DNA of 64,000 nucleotides from an uncultured Lachnospiraceae bacterium (GTDB taxonomy: Bacteria; Bacillota; Clostridia; Lachnospirales; Lachnospiraceae). Position 1 is the stretch's first letter; the number at the start of each line of letters is the position of its first letter. This document shows positions 35,994 to 46,072 of this stretch, piece by piece. Made by a program: the position numbers and the translations under genes. The stretch lies in the NCBI GenBank assembly GCA_937891165.1, contig CALAEX010000066.1, forward strand, positions 1,242 through 65,241, read 5' to 3'. The notes beneath the pieces are model-generated. The model was not told the origin of the DNA and searched no databases. It worked only from the letters and a program-made list of their open reading frames with translations.

Positions 35994-37427
35994 TTATTCA
36001 ATTCCTCGAATTTCTCTTCTTTTCTTACCACCATTATCGGTACCATAAATTTCACTCATATTAGGAACTTTGCTCATGAGCAATGGATCGATATATGATG
36101 TACCAGTTCTTTCAGTAACAATTTCATCACTAAGTAACTGACGTTTGATATATTGTACAGATAATCCAAGACCTGGAGATTTATTATCTTCCAATGCTTT
36201 TCTTACTGTAATGATTGTATATGGTTCTAATTTAGTTCTTGTAAAATCAGGTCTATCGTATGTATTGATATCACTACGAACTAAACGGTTGATAATACAT
36301 TCTCCTGCTAAGCTAGATGCTTTGATTCCGGATTCTACCAACAACTCTACAAATCTCTGTGTTACTTCAGATATTGTCTGAGGTTCACCATCTTTTCTAT
36401 TTCTATTGAGAAGGTGCATCATAGAGTACAATGGTTTAGTCAATTCATTGTTAAGAATATCCATTTCTAAGATTTTAACAGAGTCGTCCAAATCTTTAAA
36501 TTTGATATATCCACGACTCTTACTCATAAGAGCTAATGCTTCATCAGTAATAAAGATTTCTTTACCCTCATTTTCTAATTGAATCTTATCCATTTCACCA
36601 GTTTCCATGTCAACCACATAGAAAATTCCACCGGCAATGAATGTATTATAACCATTCTGAGAGTCGAACTCATCTACTTTCTCAATTACATTTGTTGGAA
36701 TGTAAATTGCATATTTGTTGATATCTTCAACTTCATCATTTTCATCTACATTTGGATACACTTCTCCAGATGATAATGTAAAGTATTTGTCAAAGGCATC
36801 GTTGAATCGCAAAACTTCTGATTTTGTTGTAAGAAGATGTTTTGAGGAAAGAACGTTTTGCTCTAATTCTTTTGTCACTTCTTCTGATTCAAAACCTGCA
36901 GCACCAGCAGCAATATCATAATTAAGACCAGCAGTTCTACCAAAACATTTAGCACATACATGGTCTCCAAGAGCACATGTTACTGGAGAACGTAACCAAA
37001 TAGTTTCTCCAACTAAATGCTTATCTTTCTTAGCATTAAGAAGCTGCAATTCATCATCACCATCTAATTTATAGTAACGATTATTAAACTTCTTAAGAAT
37101 CTTTTTATTTGAAATATGAATTGGTAACAAATGTTTTGTATCACAGTCTGATATTGTTGTTGATAACTTAAGCGTCTTTGCTAACTGAAGAACCAGCTTA
37201 CCAAAGTTTCCTGCAAGACCCATAACTGTCTTATTTAAGATAAGAGATTTTCTTGCAGCGGAAGCATCAATATATACATAAGATGGTCTATCAAGTCCTC
37301 TAATAAGTGTAGAGTTTTCAATAGCTACTGGCATAATAACACCATCTAATGTAGGTTTTAATCCTTGGGCAATTGTAAATTCTGCGAACTGTTTCGTTAA
37401 TATTAATACGAAGTCGTTACTTTCGTA
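35994..37427 (-). CDS. RNA polymerase beta' subunit C-terminal half, exon 2 of 2
   Basis: FTIAQGLKPTLDG (compare MRGLMAKPDG). ASAARKSLILNKTVMGLAG (compare THGARKGLADTALKTANSG). RSPVTC..VCAKCFGRTAG. The track start (TTG at 37430) is the intron 3' end. Confidence 0.85.
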   Translation of the reverse strand, partial: YESNDFVLILTKQFAEFTIAQGLKPTLDGVIMPVAIENSTLIRGLDRPSYVYIDASAARKSLILNKTVMGLAGNFGKLVLQLAKTLKLSTTISDCDTKHLLPIHISNKKILKKFNNRYYKLDGDDELQLLNAKKDKHLVGETIWLRSPVTCALGDHVCAKCFGRTAGLNYDIAAGAAGFESEEVTKELEQNVLSSKHLLTTKSEVLRFNDAFDKYFTLSSGEVYPNVDENDEVEDINKYAIYIPTNVIEKVDEFDSQNGYNTFIAGGIFYVVDMETGEMDKIQLENEGKEIFITDEALALMSKSRGYIKFKDLDDSVKILEMDILNNELTKPLYSMMHLLNRNRKDGEPQTISEVTQRFVELLVESGIKASSLAGECIINRLVRSDINTYDRPDFTRTKLEPYTIITVRKALEDNKSPGLGLSVQYIKRQLLSDEIVTERTGTSYIDPLLMSKVPNMSEIYGTDNGGKKRREIRGIE

Positions 37428-37687
37428 CAAGTTATTTCTAACTTCTTTATATTCCTATAAAGACTAGACTATATCACTATCCTATTATTCATTACAAGTA
37501 ATAGGATACCTCCCATTTCGAACCCACTTGAGTTCTACTCTACTAAGTTCTTTATAAATTATTCATTTATAAATCTTTTCGATAGTCGTTGAACCATTAT
37601 TTTGGCTGCTGATTGTCCAATGAAAGAGTTTCCAGCAATTAAAGAGGTTTAAGCAGCATACATTTCTGTATGAGAGCACATTGTTTT
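37428..37687 (-). mobile_element. group I intron 9 (subtype A, no ORF)
   Basis: The - strand reads ttaaacctctttaattgctggaaactc..ggacaatcagcagcc..gttcaacGACTATcgaaaag..ttcgaaatgggagg..gtgatATAGTCtag. Candidate P1 is agcaT/Gtgct, and the P2 hairpin catac/gtatg matches the architecture of intron 4. Boundaries are inferred from frame plus P1. Confidence 0.75.
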
Positions 37688-38392
37688 ATGCTTAATTCCA
37701 GTTCTCGCTTTCAATATAGTACCAATTGGATTACCCGGATCATTTTTATATATCTCCAATTCTTCTTCCAAATATCTATCTATTGTATCTTCAATTTCAT
37801 GTGGTGGCATGGATTCAGGGAATCTACATTCCATAATCTCTTTTACCCTGGGGTACTTCTGATACATATCCGTAAACGTGAAATATGAGAAATTGAGATT
37901 CATAATTAACGAGAAATCCAATGAGATACCACGCAATCTATTACAAACATCAGATACAGATTGGTTAATAGTGATTTCTTTTACATTGAAATCTCGAAGA
38001 GTCATAATAATTTTTTCATTAATCCATGGGTCCAAATCATATTCAGGTTCTAACATAAATTTTGTTCCATCCATGACATATTTATCATTTAAGAACTTAA
38101 TTGAATTTACGTGAACGAATGGCTCCCATAATATTAAGTTAATTATAAAGTGTCTAAGCTGAACCGTATAGGTTTGTTTGTCATCGCTATAGAACTTAAA
38201 TGTAACAGGATATTCTCGACATTCTTTTTTCTCGATACATCCTTTAATAATTGAGTACATCTTCTGAAAGAAATCTTCATAAATTTCAATCGTTGTCATA
38301 TAGTACTCCAATGTGTAACAACTCTGAATGAGCTGTCCCAGATCATAAGTATTTTCAATGACTGGGATTTCATAAGTTTGTTGTTTTCCCAT
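37688..38392 (-). CDS. RNA polymerase beta' subunit C-terminal half, exon 1 of 2
   Basis: AAGGAG RBS. 705 nt, in frame, ending ...ILKARTGIKH (compare ..SGARG). The track tail KTMCSHTEMYAA* is read-through into the intron. Confidence 0.8.
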
Positions 38393-38440
38393 TTCTATTG
38401 ACTCCTTTATTTTGTTTTACATAATATGTGAAGAAAAACT

Positions 38441-38713
38441 TTAATAGTTATCCTCCACATATTCTACCGCTTTACGATGACCTACAATCATATCTTGTCT
38501 TGTATCATAAAAATCGATATAAATTGGATTAGGTAATTCTTCGCTATTTAAGATAGGGTATGCCCTAGTCCAATAATCATGGTCACGGTTTTCATAGTCT
38601 CTTATTGACTTTATTTTATAATAATTACCGGCATTTGTTTCCACTATTTCAATAATGTCTTCCCCAATAATTAATGGTACGAATAAGCAATTTGTTTTTA
38701 ATTGTTTACCCAT
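38441..38713 (-). CDS. hypothetical small protein
   Basis: ATG at 38713 follows AAAGGG. The track GTG at 38728 is an alternative start. Confidence 0.65.
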   Translation of the reverse strand: MGKQLKTNCLFVPLIIGEDIIEIVETNAGNYYKIKSIRDYENRDHDYWTRAYPILNSEELPNPIYIDFYDTRQDMIVGHRKAVEYVEDNY

Positions 38714-38731
38714 AAATCGCCCTTTCACGAA

Positions 38732-39184
38732 TCAGACGAAGGTATCTTTAAACAAATCCACAAATAAAGAAAATACATCTAGTTCTATTTCATGATGAGG
38801 ATTTACTAGATATAGGAAATTCTCAATAGATTTTCTATATTTCTTTTTAAATCCAACTTTTTGCAATAATAGTAAATATTTATTACATTTCTCCTGAATA
38901 TTTTCTAGTTCACAGTCCACCATATAATCCTCTCCAGTAGTAGCCATAATACAGACATAATCTTTTTCTTTCGAGCTATTTTGATATGGGAATTCGTGTA
39001 ATTTATAATTTTTATTTGCGAATCGAAAAATTTTACTTTCTTCGTCTGATTCGATTTTTATTTCTTTTAATTTAAACCGATTAGCATTTCTTTCTTGTAA
39101 AAATCTTTCCACATAATCCAGATTTTCTGAATATGCGTATAATGACTTATCGTCTTTTTTATACAATACATAAAACTTAGTCAT
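38732..39184 (-). CDS. hypothetical protein
   Basis: ORF of 150 aa that overlaps its neighbours in operon style. Confidence 0.7.
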   Translation of the reverse strand: MTKFYVLYKKDDKSLYAYSENLDYVERFLQERNANRFKLKEIKIESDEESKIFRFANKNYKLHEFPYQNSSKEKDYVCIMATTGEDYMVDCELENIQEKCNKYLLLLQKVGFKKKYRKSIENFLYLVNPHHEIELDVFSLFVDLFKDTFV

Positions 39185-39479
39185 TACGCAAATATTCTGA
39201 TTGGAAAGTGTGATCTTCGTGTGCTAATCGGTCGATAGTCTCACTATCAAAGTATAGGTGCAATCGTTTTCTTTTTCTTAAATCTTTAACAGCTTTCTTA
39301 ATTGCTTTTTTCTTTTTCTTGTACTGCTTTTGTGTCATTCCTTCGAAGAATAAATACTTGTCAACATACCCCATATATTCCTCAATTTGGTCTGCCAACT
39401 TGTCGATCTTTTCTGGTTTAATGAGTTGGATAATTTCGTCATTATCATACTCGAAATCTTCATTGTATTTTCTGCTCAT
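39177..39479 (-). CDS. hypothetical small basic/acidic protein
   Basis: AAAGGAAC RBS and an ORF of 100 aa. Confidence 0.7.
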   Translation of the reverse strand: MSRKYNEDFEYDNDEIIQLIKPEKIDKLADQIEEYMGYVDKYLFFEGMTQKQYKKKKKAIKKAVKDLRKRKRLHLYFDSETIDRLAHEDHTFQSEYLRND

Positions 39480-39583
39480 TTTTCTGTGTTCCTTTCTTAA
39501 GATTTAAAGTTTTATTATACTTCTAAATAATAATATATGGTTAAAGAGAAATTCTCAAATAAAGTATATACGAAATTTTAAGT

Positions 39584-39593
39584 GATATATTAT
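39584..39593 (+). promoter_or_regulatory. promoter-like motif GATATATTAT
   Basis: Lies upstream of leader copy 3 and of gene 39723. Confidence 0.4.
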
Positions 39594-39605
39594 ACTTTTA
39601 AACAA

Positions 39606-39675
39606 CTAAATAGCGCTCCGTAAATATAAATAATCGGAGGCGGAACTTGATAATGGTTCTAAAATATTATCAATA
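39606..39675 (+). promoter_or_regulatory. conserved two-hairpin 5' leader, copy 3 of 3
   Basis: gcgctccg (39613-39620) pairs with cggaggcgg (39635-39643). Second hairpin: ttgataat (39647-39654) with attatcaa (39666-39673). Confidence 0.6.
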
Positions 39676-39722
39676 CTACAAGAGAGGGCATAGACAATTT
39701 TGTCTATGGAAGGTAAAACAAA

Positions 39723-40241
39723 ATGTCAAAAACAACATTAGAACAGTATGGAGGAACTATTATGGAATCCGTTCCAGAAGCAACAGATGTAATTGTAGAA
39801 AAGTGCTTAAAGCAGTTAGTATATAATATCAAAGATACTTCAGAAGTATTTCTTAATTTCTGTTTACTGTATCTTGAAGAGAAGATGCCTTTAAAAGATA
39901 TTCCTGAAAAAATGGGAATTTCAAAATTAATGGCATCTGCTTGGGCTGCTGATATTATTGGGACGGTTAAGAATATGACTGTTGGATACAAGCGTAAACC
40001 TGAACTTGATAAGAAGGAAGTGTTATTAGATGAACGTCCTTCTAAGTGTAACGTCCATCCAAAGATTTATGGAATGGATATTTTTGATTATGCAAAACAG
40101 TTTAATGCTGATTATATGGATATGTACACAGGTACAATTTACCATATTCAGGATTACAATCATGCTAAGCGTATGGGTATGCCTAATTTTGGAATTAGGG
40201 TATCACAGGACGGAAATACTTTAGGATATATCAGGGAGTAG
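39723..40241 (+). CDS. hypothetical protein (172 aa)
   Basis: GGAAGGT RBS and an intact ORF. Confidence 0.7.
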   Translation: MSKTTLEQYGGTIMESVPEATDVIVEKCLKQLVYNIKDTSEVFLNFCLLYLEEKMPLKDIPEKMGISKLMASAWAADIIGTVKNMTVGYKRKPELDKKEVLLDERPSKCNVHPKIYGMDIFDYAKQFNADYMDMYTGTIYHIQDYNHAKRMGMPNFGIRVSQDGNTLGYIRE

Positions 40242-40250
40242 TAACGAGAA

Positions 40251-40679
40251 ATGAAAAACCTTGATAGAGAAACACGTGAGTGGCTTATATTTGGATTCTA
40301 TATGTTATGTTTATTTGCTGGAGCATTTATTGCTCTTGCAAGTTTAGAATCTTGTACAAAATATGCCACTGACAAAAAAGAAGAAACTCATTACACCACT
40401 ATAGAGACAACTCGTTTATATCAGGTTCTCGATATGTGGATTTCCGACGACATGTCTGTAGGAGTCAGAACAAAAGATTCCACAGGTGCTTGGCTAGAAG
40501 TAGACGCTGTCGGAGCTCATCAAGTCTACTTACATGATGGTGATACTGTCTTAGTAGTAATAGGTTGGATTGATATTGGATCTGTTCATGATGGTGTCAA
40601 AGAAAAATATCTCTATGTAAATAGAGATGAATACATGAAGTATTTAGAAAGGAGAGAAAGACCAGAATGGCTACCGTAA
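40251..40679 (+). CDS. hypothetical membrane-anchored protein
   Basis: N-terminal hydrophobic span WLIFGFYMLCLFAGAFIALASL. Confidence 0.7.
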   Translation: MKNLDRETREWLIFGFYMLCLFAGAFIALASLESCTKYATDKKEETHYTTIETTRLYQVLDMWISDDMSVGVRTKDSTGAWLEVDAVGAHQVYLHDGDTVLVVIGWIDIGSVHDGVKEKYLYVNRDEYMKYLERRERPEWLP

Positions 40680-40828
40680 TTGTTAAACGTTCAGGAAAGA
40701 AAAAGAAGAAGGAAACTTCTCCTCCTATAAATACAAAATTAATTAAAAAAATAGAAGGAAAGATAAGAGGAATGGATAGCGATGCATTTCACCACTATCT
40801 AAATTCAAATACATCAATCTTTGATTAA
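40667..40828 (+). CDS. small basic protein (53 aa), absent from the ORF track
   Basis: ATG at 40667 follows AGGAGAG and overlaps the end of the upstream gene. 54 codons checked by hand (MATVIVKRSGKKKKKETSPP...). Confidence 0.5.
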   Translation: MATVIVKRSGKKKKKETSPPINTKLIKKIEGKIRGMDSDAFHHYLNSNTSIFD

Positions 40829-40838
40829 CGTGAAAAGT

Positions 40839-40877
40839 CCCTAGAAGCAATTTTTGCTTCTAGGGTTTCTTTTTTTA
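40839..40877 (+). terminator. intrinsic terminator
   Basis: ccctagaagca-5 nt loop-tgcttctaggg followed by tttcttttttt. Confidence 0.8.
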
Positions 40878-40930
40878 TTATCTCAAAAGAAAAAGGTTAA
40901 GCAAATCTTAACACTTCGCGTAGTGGAATC

Positions 40931-41578
40931 TTAACCGAGTTTCTTAGCCGCATCTGCGATAGTAGCTGCTTTGGATTTACGTAATCTGATGATATATTCT
41001 TTTGCTTTTTTCATAGCAGACTGTTTATATCTCTGACGTAATACAGCTTTTAATTTTCTTCTCATTTCCTGTACTTTTGCAAGTTTGAAGTATACTGGGT
41101 CATTTTTTGCACGAGCAATAGCCTGTACACAAATTTCAAATAACTGATTTGTTCTTGCTTCTTTTGTGAACCGAACCTGATTCTGAGCATAGAATTTTGC
41201 TTCTGTAAATAAATCTCCACCGATACCACCGAAGTTATCTTTAGTTCCTTCCAAAGCAAATCCTTCAGAAACAGCGATATCCCAATCACCGGATTCTAAG
41301 AATTCCGCAACAGATTCTGTTGTAAGAACTTCTTTTAAGATTACAGGAGTAGCCGCAATATTAATAATAGAATCAGCTTCTGCTTCTTCTTCTGGAGTAA
41401 GTTCAAAAGAATCAGGTTTTTCTAAATCATCATCAAAACCGCCTTCGTTACCCCCTTCGATTCCTGGTAAGTCAATATTGTCTATATCATTTACACCTTC
41501 AGTAACTGCACCCTCAACAACAGGTGTTGCTACAGATGCAGAAGGAAGGTCTTCTCTCAATCTATCTAAAAAGCTCAT
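40931..41578 (-). CDS. hypothetical acidic protein
   Basis: AAAGGAAG RBS and an ORF of 215 aa. Confidence 0.7.
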   Translation of the reverse strand: MSFLDRLREDLPSASVATPVVEGAVTEGVNDIDNIDLPGIEGGNEGGFDDDLEKPDSFELTPEEEAEADSIINIAATPVILKEVLTTESVAEFLESGDWDIAVSEGFALEGTKDNFGGIGGDLFTEAKFYAQNQVRFTKEARTNQLFEICVQAIARAKNDPVYFKLAKVQEMRRKLKAVLRQRYKQSAMKKAKEYIIRLRKSKAATIADAAKKLG

Positions 41579-41898
41579 GATAAATTCTTCCTTTCTTATT
41601 TAGATTATCTCTAATTAAATTAATGTTTTTAGATTAAAAGTTATTAAAACTTGATAAAATATATGACTGACTTACCACCGCAAGTCAGTCTATATTAGAT
41701 ATAATTTCAGGAGTCATTCTATATGGACATTATCCAAACAAAATTATGTCAATAAAAACAAATTAACTGGAATATTCATATGGTTTTGAAACCATTCATT
41801 TACCAATATGTTAAATAGAATTCGTTTTATTATTTTTTATTATAGAGAATACTATAAATTAATTTGAAATAATTTGGGAATTAAACTAAAATTATAAT

Positions 41899-41908
41899 GA
41901 TATATTAT
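41899..41908 (+). promoter_or_regulatory. promoter-like motif GATATATTAT
   Basis: Lies 55 nt upstream of the ATG at 41963. Confidence 0.4.
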
Positions 41909-41962
41909 TTTAGTGAAATGAATCAAAGTTATTTCATACTAAAAGAGAAAGGAGACATTACA

Positions 41963-42304
41963 ATGTCAAGAAAAGCAAATCCTGTTAAGGCTGTAAAAAA
42001 GTCTTACAGAAAAGTGACAAAAGCTGTAGGGTTAAGTCATAGAGAATCTAGGGCATTCGCAAGAGAACTTGGTGATATCGGACATGACGTAACTGTAAAT
42101 GTGGCAACAGAATATGCTATCAGAGCTATTGATAATATTGCCTGTTTCACATTATGTGCAGCATCTGGAGTTGTTGCTGGGGTAAAATCTGCTTCCAGAC
42201 GTGTAAAAAAACTTCAGAATAAAAAAGTGAACTTTGATGTTGATATTGACATCGTTGAAGATCATGATTGCAGTTCTAATGAAGAACCTACAGATGTAAA
42301 CTAA
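41963..42304 (+). CDS. hypothetical small protein
   Basis: ATG at 41963 follows AAAGGAGA. The track start at 41897 sits inside the promoter motif. Confidence 0.65.
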   Translation: MSRKANPVKAVKKSYRKVTKAVGLSHRESRAFARELGDIGHDVTVNVATEYAIRAIDNIACFTLCAASGVVAGVKSASRRVKKLQNKKVNFDVDIDIVEDHDCSSNEEPTDVN

Positions 42305-42380
42305 CATAAGAAGATAGTGAGAGTGTGATAAATACTCTCACTATCAAATTTAACACAAAAAAGAAAGAGGTAAGTAAATA

Positions 42381-42596
42381 ATGAAAAAATTAGAAGTGAT
42401 GAAAAAAACAGGAATAAAAGTTTGGAATCATATTAAAGAGAATAAAACGGCTTATATCATTGGATTGGTTGTGACATACATTGGCTATCACATCATTAAG
42501 ATGTTAAGCGATAAAGGGTTAGATAAGGAAGGAAAACCATACTATGAAAACTTTGATGACCCAGTTGATGATTTAGAAAACAAGGAGGGAGAATAA
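42381..42596 (+). CDS. small membrane protein
   Basis: AAGAGG RBS. TM span AYIIGLVVTYIGYHII. Confidence 0.65.
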   Translation: MKKLEVMKKTGIKVWNHIKENKTAYIIGLVVTYIGYHIIKMLSDKGLDKEGKPYYENFDDPVDDLENKEGE

Positions 42597-42597
42597 T

Positions 42598-42795
42598 ATG
42601 TCAGCTAAATCAAGAAGAGAAAAAAGAGAACGTCAGGAAAAAATAATGTATGCAGGCATTGCTGCTGGAGCTGTTGCACTTGCAGGAGGAATTGGTGGTG
42701 TTATTGCAGCTGGTAAAAAGAAATCCAAAAAGTCTGATAACTTAGAGGATATTAAAGCCGGTGAAGAAGTCACTGATTCACCAGTGGAAGAATAA
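42598..42795 (+). CDS. small membrane protein
   Basis: GGAGGGAG RBS. TM span YAGIAAGAVALAGGIGGVIAAG. Confidence 0.65.
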   Translation: MSAKSRREKRERQEKIMYAGIAAGAVALAGGIGGVIAAGKKKSKKSDNLEDIKAGEEVTDSPVEE

Positions 42796-42801
42796 AATAA
42801 A

Positions 42802-42840
42802 GGGTTGTGGATAATTCCACAACCCTAATTCTTTTTTTTT
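42802..42840. terminator. bidirectional terminator
   Basis: gggttgtgg-ataatt-ccacaaccc followed by a T-run. Confidence 0.8.
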
Positions 42841-42843
42841 AAA

Positions 42844-44055
42844 TTAGTAGTTAGTTCTTTCCATTAAAGCACCCATTCTCATAAAGTCTTCTTCACTCAT
42901 AACGTTTGCTTCAACTGCTTCTAACATATAATCCATAATATCGTCTGCAGTAGCTGCACGACCTTTATTAATAGATACTTTTTCAAAGATTTCTTCTACA
43001 GATTCTTTTACAGGTTTTTCTTCTTTTGTTGGTTCTTCACCCTCGGTTTCACCTTCACCTTCACATTCTTCAGCTACAGGTTCTTCAGCAGGAGCTTCTT
43101 TTTTCATACCATCTGCAATCATCTGGTCGAATTTTTCAGCCATTGCTTTTTCTTCATCTGTTAATTTACATTTTAATGATTCTAATTTTTCAACGATACT
43201 ACAGTCAGCACCTTCTGTAACAGCTTCTGCTTCCGCATTATCTTTCATTTCTTTTACTTCTTTTGCTTCATCAATGTCTTTCTTGATTTCTGCTTTCGCT
43301 TCTTCATTACCTTCTTTAGCAGCTTCAATGTAAGCCATAACCATAGCAGGAATATCTTCTGGCTGAGGACCTTCAAACATGAAATCATCCTGTGCAAGTT
43401 CCATAAGAACTTCATGCTGTCTCATATTGATTAATCCAACATTGAAAGATTCTTCTACAAATTCTACAAAATGATCACGTTTTACATTTAACTTTTCAGC
43501 AACTGCTTCTAAGTAAGCATCCATTCTTTCTACCGCTGGAGTAACACTTTCAATTACAGTGAGCATATAATCTCTCATATTGTCAGTGATTTTACCTGCA
43601 GCATTTTCTTCAAAAATATCAAGTTTCATTGATTTAATATCAGTCATAGAAAACATAGTATTTTCAACTCCTTCTTTATAAACAATTTTTCCTCTTTTTA
43701 AAGCGTCTGGATTTACACTGCATCCGAGACGTCTTAATTCGGAAACTGTATCATCTATTTTTGATTTTAAGGAACCATGGTATTTCACTCTCCCTTTTAA
43801 CTGAGTGCCTGTCTCAGCCTTGCGGTTAGAATCAATTCCTGTTCCACCAACCATTCTATATTCATTAACTAATTCCGCTAATGTAGTTTTTAATTCCCTA
43901 ATTCTATCTTTCACCTCAGAAGTATTGCGTTTTTCTAATTCTTTAGCAGTTCGTCTATCTTCTTTCTTATTAGTGAAAGAATAATTATTAATACTTCTAG
44001 TTCTAGAAGTTGTGATATTGAATTTACTCATATCATTTTTATTAAATAAACCCAT
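42844..44055 (-). CDS. acidic coiled-coil protein, scaffold-like by position
   Basis: AAGGAGG RBS. E/K-rich and lies directly downstream of the putative prohead protease. Confidence 0.6.
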   Translation of the reverse strand: MGLFNKNDMSKFNITTSRTRSINNYSFTNKKEDRRTAKELEKRNTSEVKDRIRELKTTLAELVNEYRMVGGTGIDSNRKAETGTQLKGRVKYHGSLKSKIDDTVSELRRLGCSVNPDALKRGKIVYKEGVENTMFSMTDIKSMKLDIFEENAAGKITDNMRDYMLTVIESVTPAVERMDAYLEAVAEKLNVKRDHFVEFVEESFNVGLINMRQHEVLMELAQDDFMFEGPQPEDIPAMVMAYIEAAKEGNEEAKAEIKKDIDEAKEVKEMKDNAEAEAVTEGADCSIVEKLESLKCKLTDEEKAMAEKFDQMIADGMKKEAPAEEPVAEECEGEGETEGEEPTKEEKPVKESVEEIFEKVSINKGRAATADDIMDYMLEAVEANVMSEEDFMRMGALMERTNY

Positions 44056-44068
44056 GAATATTTCCTCC

Positions 44069-45007
44069 TTAGAAAGAGCTTAAGAAGTCAACAACTTCAT
44101 GTCTTGTTTTTGGAGACATATTTGCATAGATAGTATTGTCTTTATCTTTGATAATAACATGATTTAATCCATTATCAAATCCAACGATATCATCCATAGA
44201 CAAATCAAATGCTTCCATAATGACTTGAGTATTAACATCTTTATTTCCAGCATATTCTAAAATTTCTTTTAGAGGAATTAAAATATCCTGAGTATAATTA
44301 TCACGAATATCATTTGCAAAATTTCCGGAATGGAAACCTGCAGATTCCATAGTAATGAGAGCTTCGGATTTCTTAATAAATTTTGGTTTACCTTCCATAT
44401 TTGCGTCATGATGACTAGGGTATAAAACCCAATCATAGGTAATTAACTTACGAACGACAACATAAGGTTCACCATTAATATTTTGAATACCGGCAATAGC
44501 TCTACAACTAAAGGAAGGAATAAGACCCTGAATGATTTCATTATAAAATCCTCTTCCTGCTTCAGTACCAGATGCAGTTTGAATTGTGGCTCTTAAGATA
44601 TCACCTTTTACTTCAGGACGTAAGATTTTATGTGAACGTCTTGACATTTCAATTGCCTGAATACGTTCACTAGATAAATCTTTGTCTTTGTACTGACAAT
44701 AAGGATGATCCATTTCACCGTACCATGCATTAGTTCTTAACATGGTAATGATTCTTTCAGCCTTTAACATTTCGTCTATATTTGGACCCCAGTATTTTCG
44801 CTGATTTCTGTTTAAACAACGAAATGTCTGGAGGATGGTTTCAAACTCTGCATAGTTAGTACCTGCTTTATCATGGTATGTAAGATTAGTGATAATATTA
44901 TCTTCAGGAGATACCTGTTCTGCAATATACATAAGACCAATATTATCACCGGGCATTTTTTGATAGCCAAATTGTGTATTGCAACGATTTAAAGCTACTC
45001 CACTCAT
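44069..45007 (-). CDS. putative prohead (T4 gp21-like) maturation protease
   Basis: GEMDHP (candidate His) and SFSCRAIAG (candidate Ser), then YDWVLYPSHHDA. Family assignment is from memory only. Confidence 0.65.
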   Translation of the reverse strand: MSGVALNRCNTQFGYQKMPGDNIGLMYIAEQVSPEDNIITNLTYHDKAGTNYAEFETILQTFRCLNRNQRKYWGPNIDEMLKAERIITMLRTNAWYGEMDHPYCQYKDKDLSSERIQAIEMSRRSHKILRPEVKGDILRATIQTASGTEAGRGFYNEIIQGLIPSFSCRAIAGIQNINGEPYVVVRKLITYDWVLYPSHHDANMEGKPKFIKKSEALITMESAGFHSGNFANDIRDNYTQDILIPLKEILEYAGNKDVNTQVIMEAFDLSMDDIVGFDNGLNHVIIKDKDNTIYANMSPKTRHEVVDFLSSF

Positions 45008-45081
45008 TATGCATATACCACCTTTCTTAGTCTTTACTGATTAAATTATTGTTTTCTTTTGTATTTTATCGATAAAATGTT

Positions 45082-45091
45082 AATATATTAT
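45082..45091 (+). promoter_or_regulatory. promoter-like motif AATATATTAT
   Basis: Lies in a divergent intergenic region, far (about 210 nt) from the ATG at 45305. Confidence 0.3.
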
Positions 45092-45304
45092 ATTATAGTA
45101 TACAAAAGATAAAATACATACTATCACGATAAATTCTATAGGGTAAATGTAATGGGTTTATACTATAGATAAAAAAGAAACCAATAACGAATTCTTAAAT
45201 ATATTTTAATCTTTAATGGATTAAGTAACAATAAATATTGTGAAATGGTGGTGCTATATGCACCACCTGTGTATAACCCAAACGGTTATAGAAAGGAGAG
45301 ACAA

Positions 45305-45541
45305 ATGAGAACACAATTTGAAATTGAACAAAGAATCACATCATTAGAAATGGAGATAGCTGATTATGATGCTAAATATAATGAGTTGCTAACTTCAATG
45401 AAATCAATTCCATCTGGATATGAACAGTCAAGTGCTTTATTAATAGCACATTCATATTTAGATGCAATACACACTAAGCCGTATGAACTTAAAGGTTTAT
45501 ATTTTGCATTAGGAAAAGATTATACTCTAAAATACAAATAA
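45305..45541 (+). CDS. hypothetical small protein
   Basis: ATG at 45305 follows AAAGGAGAG. The track start at 45245 has no RBS. Confidence 0.65.
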   Translation: MRTQFEIEQRITSLEMEIADYDAKYNELLTSMKSIPSGYEQSSALLIAHSYLDAIHTKPYELKGLYFALGKDYTLKYK

Positions 45542-45559
45542 AATAAAGGAGATGACAAA

Positions 45560-45898
45560 ATGAAACTAAAGATTTTCATTGCTCAGAAAATGAACAACAT
45601 GCGTAAAACTAATGTAATGATGGAGAGAAAATTTGTTGAGGATGATTTGAGAAAACTTTATCCAACAGTAGATATTGAAATCATCGATAATTACTCACAT
45701 CCAGAAGCACCAGAAAATGCAGGTCGCTTGTGGCATTTAGGAAAGAGTATTCAGCAGTTAGAAGAAGCAGATTATATTGTATTTGCAAATACTTGTTGGC
45801 TATTCTCTAAAGGATGTTTCATCGAGAAAGTGATTTCTAAGGTATATGGTATTCCAACCATTAACCTAAAGAGAGAAAAAAGAAAAAGACTAAAATAA
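45560..45898 (+). CDS. DUF4406 / nucleoside 2-deoxyribosyltransferase-like protein
   Basis: LGKSIQQLEEADYIVFANTCWLFSKGCFIEKVISKVYGIP fits the family pattern (recalled from memory). Confidence 0.6.
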   Translation: MKLKIFIAQKMNNMRKTNVMMERKFVEDDLRKLYPTVDIEIIDNYSHPEAPENAGRLWHLGKSIQQLEEADYIVFANTCWLFSKGCFIEKVISKVYGIPTINLKREKRKRLK

Positions 45899-45905
45899 AG
45901 AAATT

Positions 45906-45940
45906 GAAACTGTATACTTCGGTATACAGTTTCTTTTTTA
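45906..45940 (+). terminator. intrinsic terminator
   Basis: gaaactgtatac-ttcg-gtatacagtttc followed by T6. Confidence 0.85.
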
Positions 45941-46013
45941 TGTTTTTACTCACATATTAGTAAAGTTAAAGTATTTTCTTTTTTGTAATATATCTTTAAA
46001 TTTTAGATTTAGA

Positions 46014-46023
46014 GATATATTAT
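46014..46023 (+). promoter_or_regulatory. promoter-like motif GATATATTAT
   Basis: Lies 50 nt upstream of the ATG at 46073. Confidence 0.4.
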
Positions 46024-46072
46024 TTTTATGTGTATAACGCATAAAAATATAATTGAAAGGAGTAAATTTATA

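Noticed and set aside
46028-46072. The track start MCITHKNIIERSKFI for the beta' gene.
   Set aside because: It overlaps the promoter-like motif and has no RBS. The ATG at 46073 lies 9 nt after AAAGGAG.
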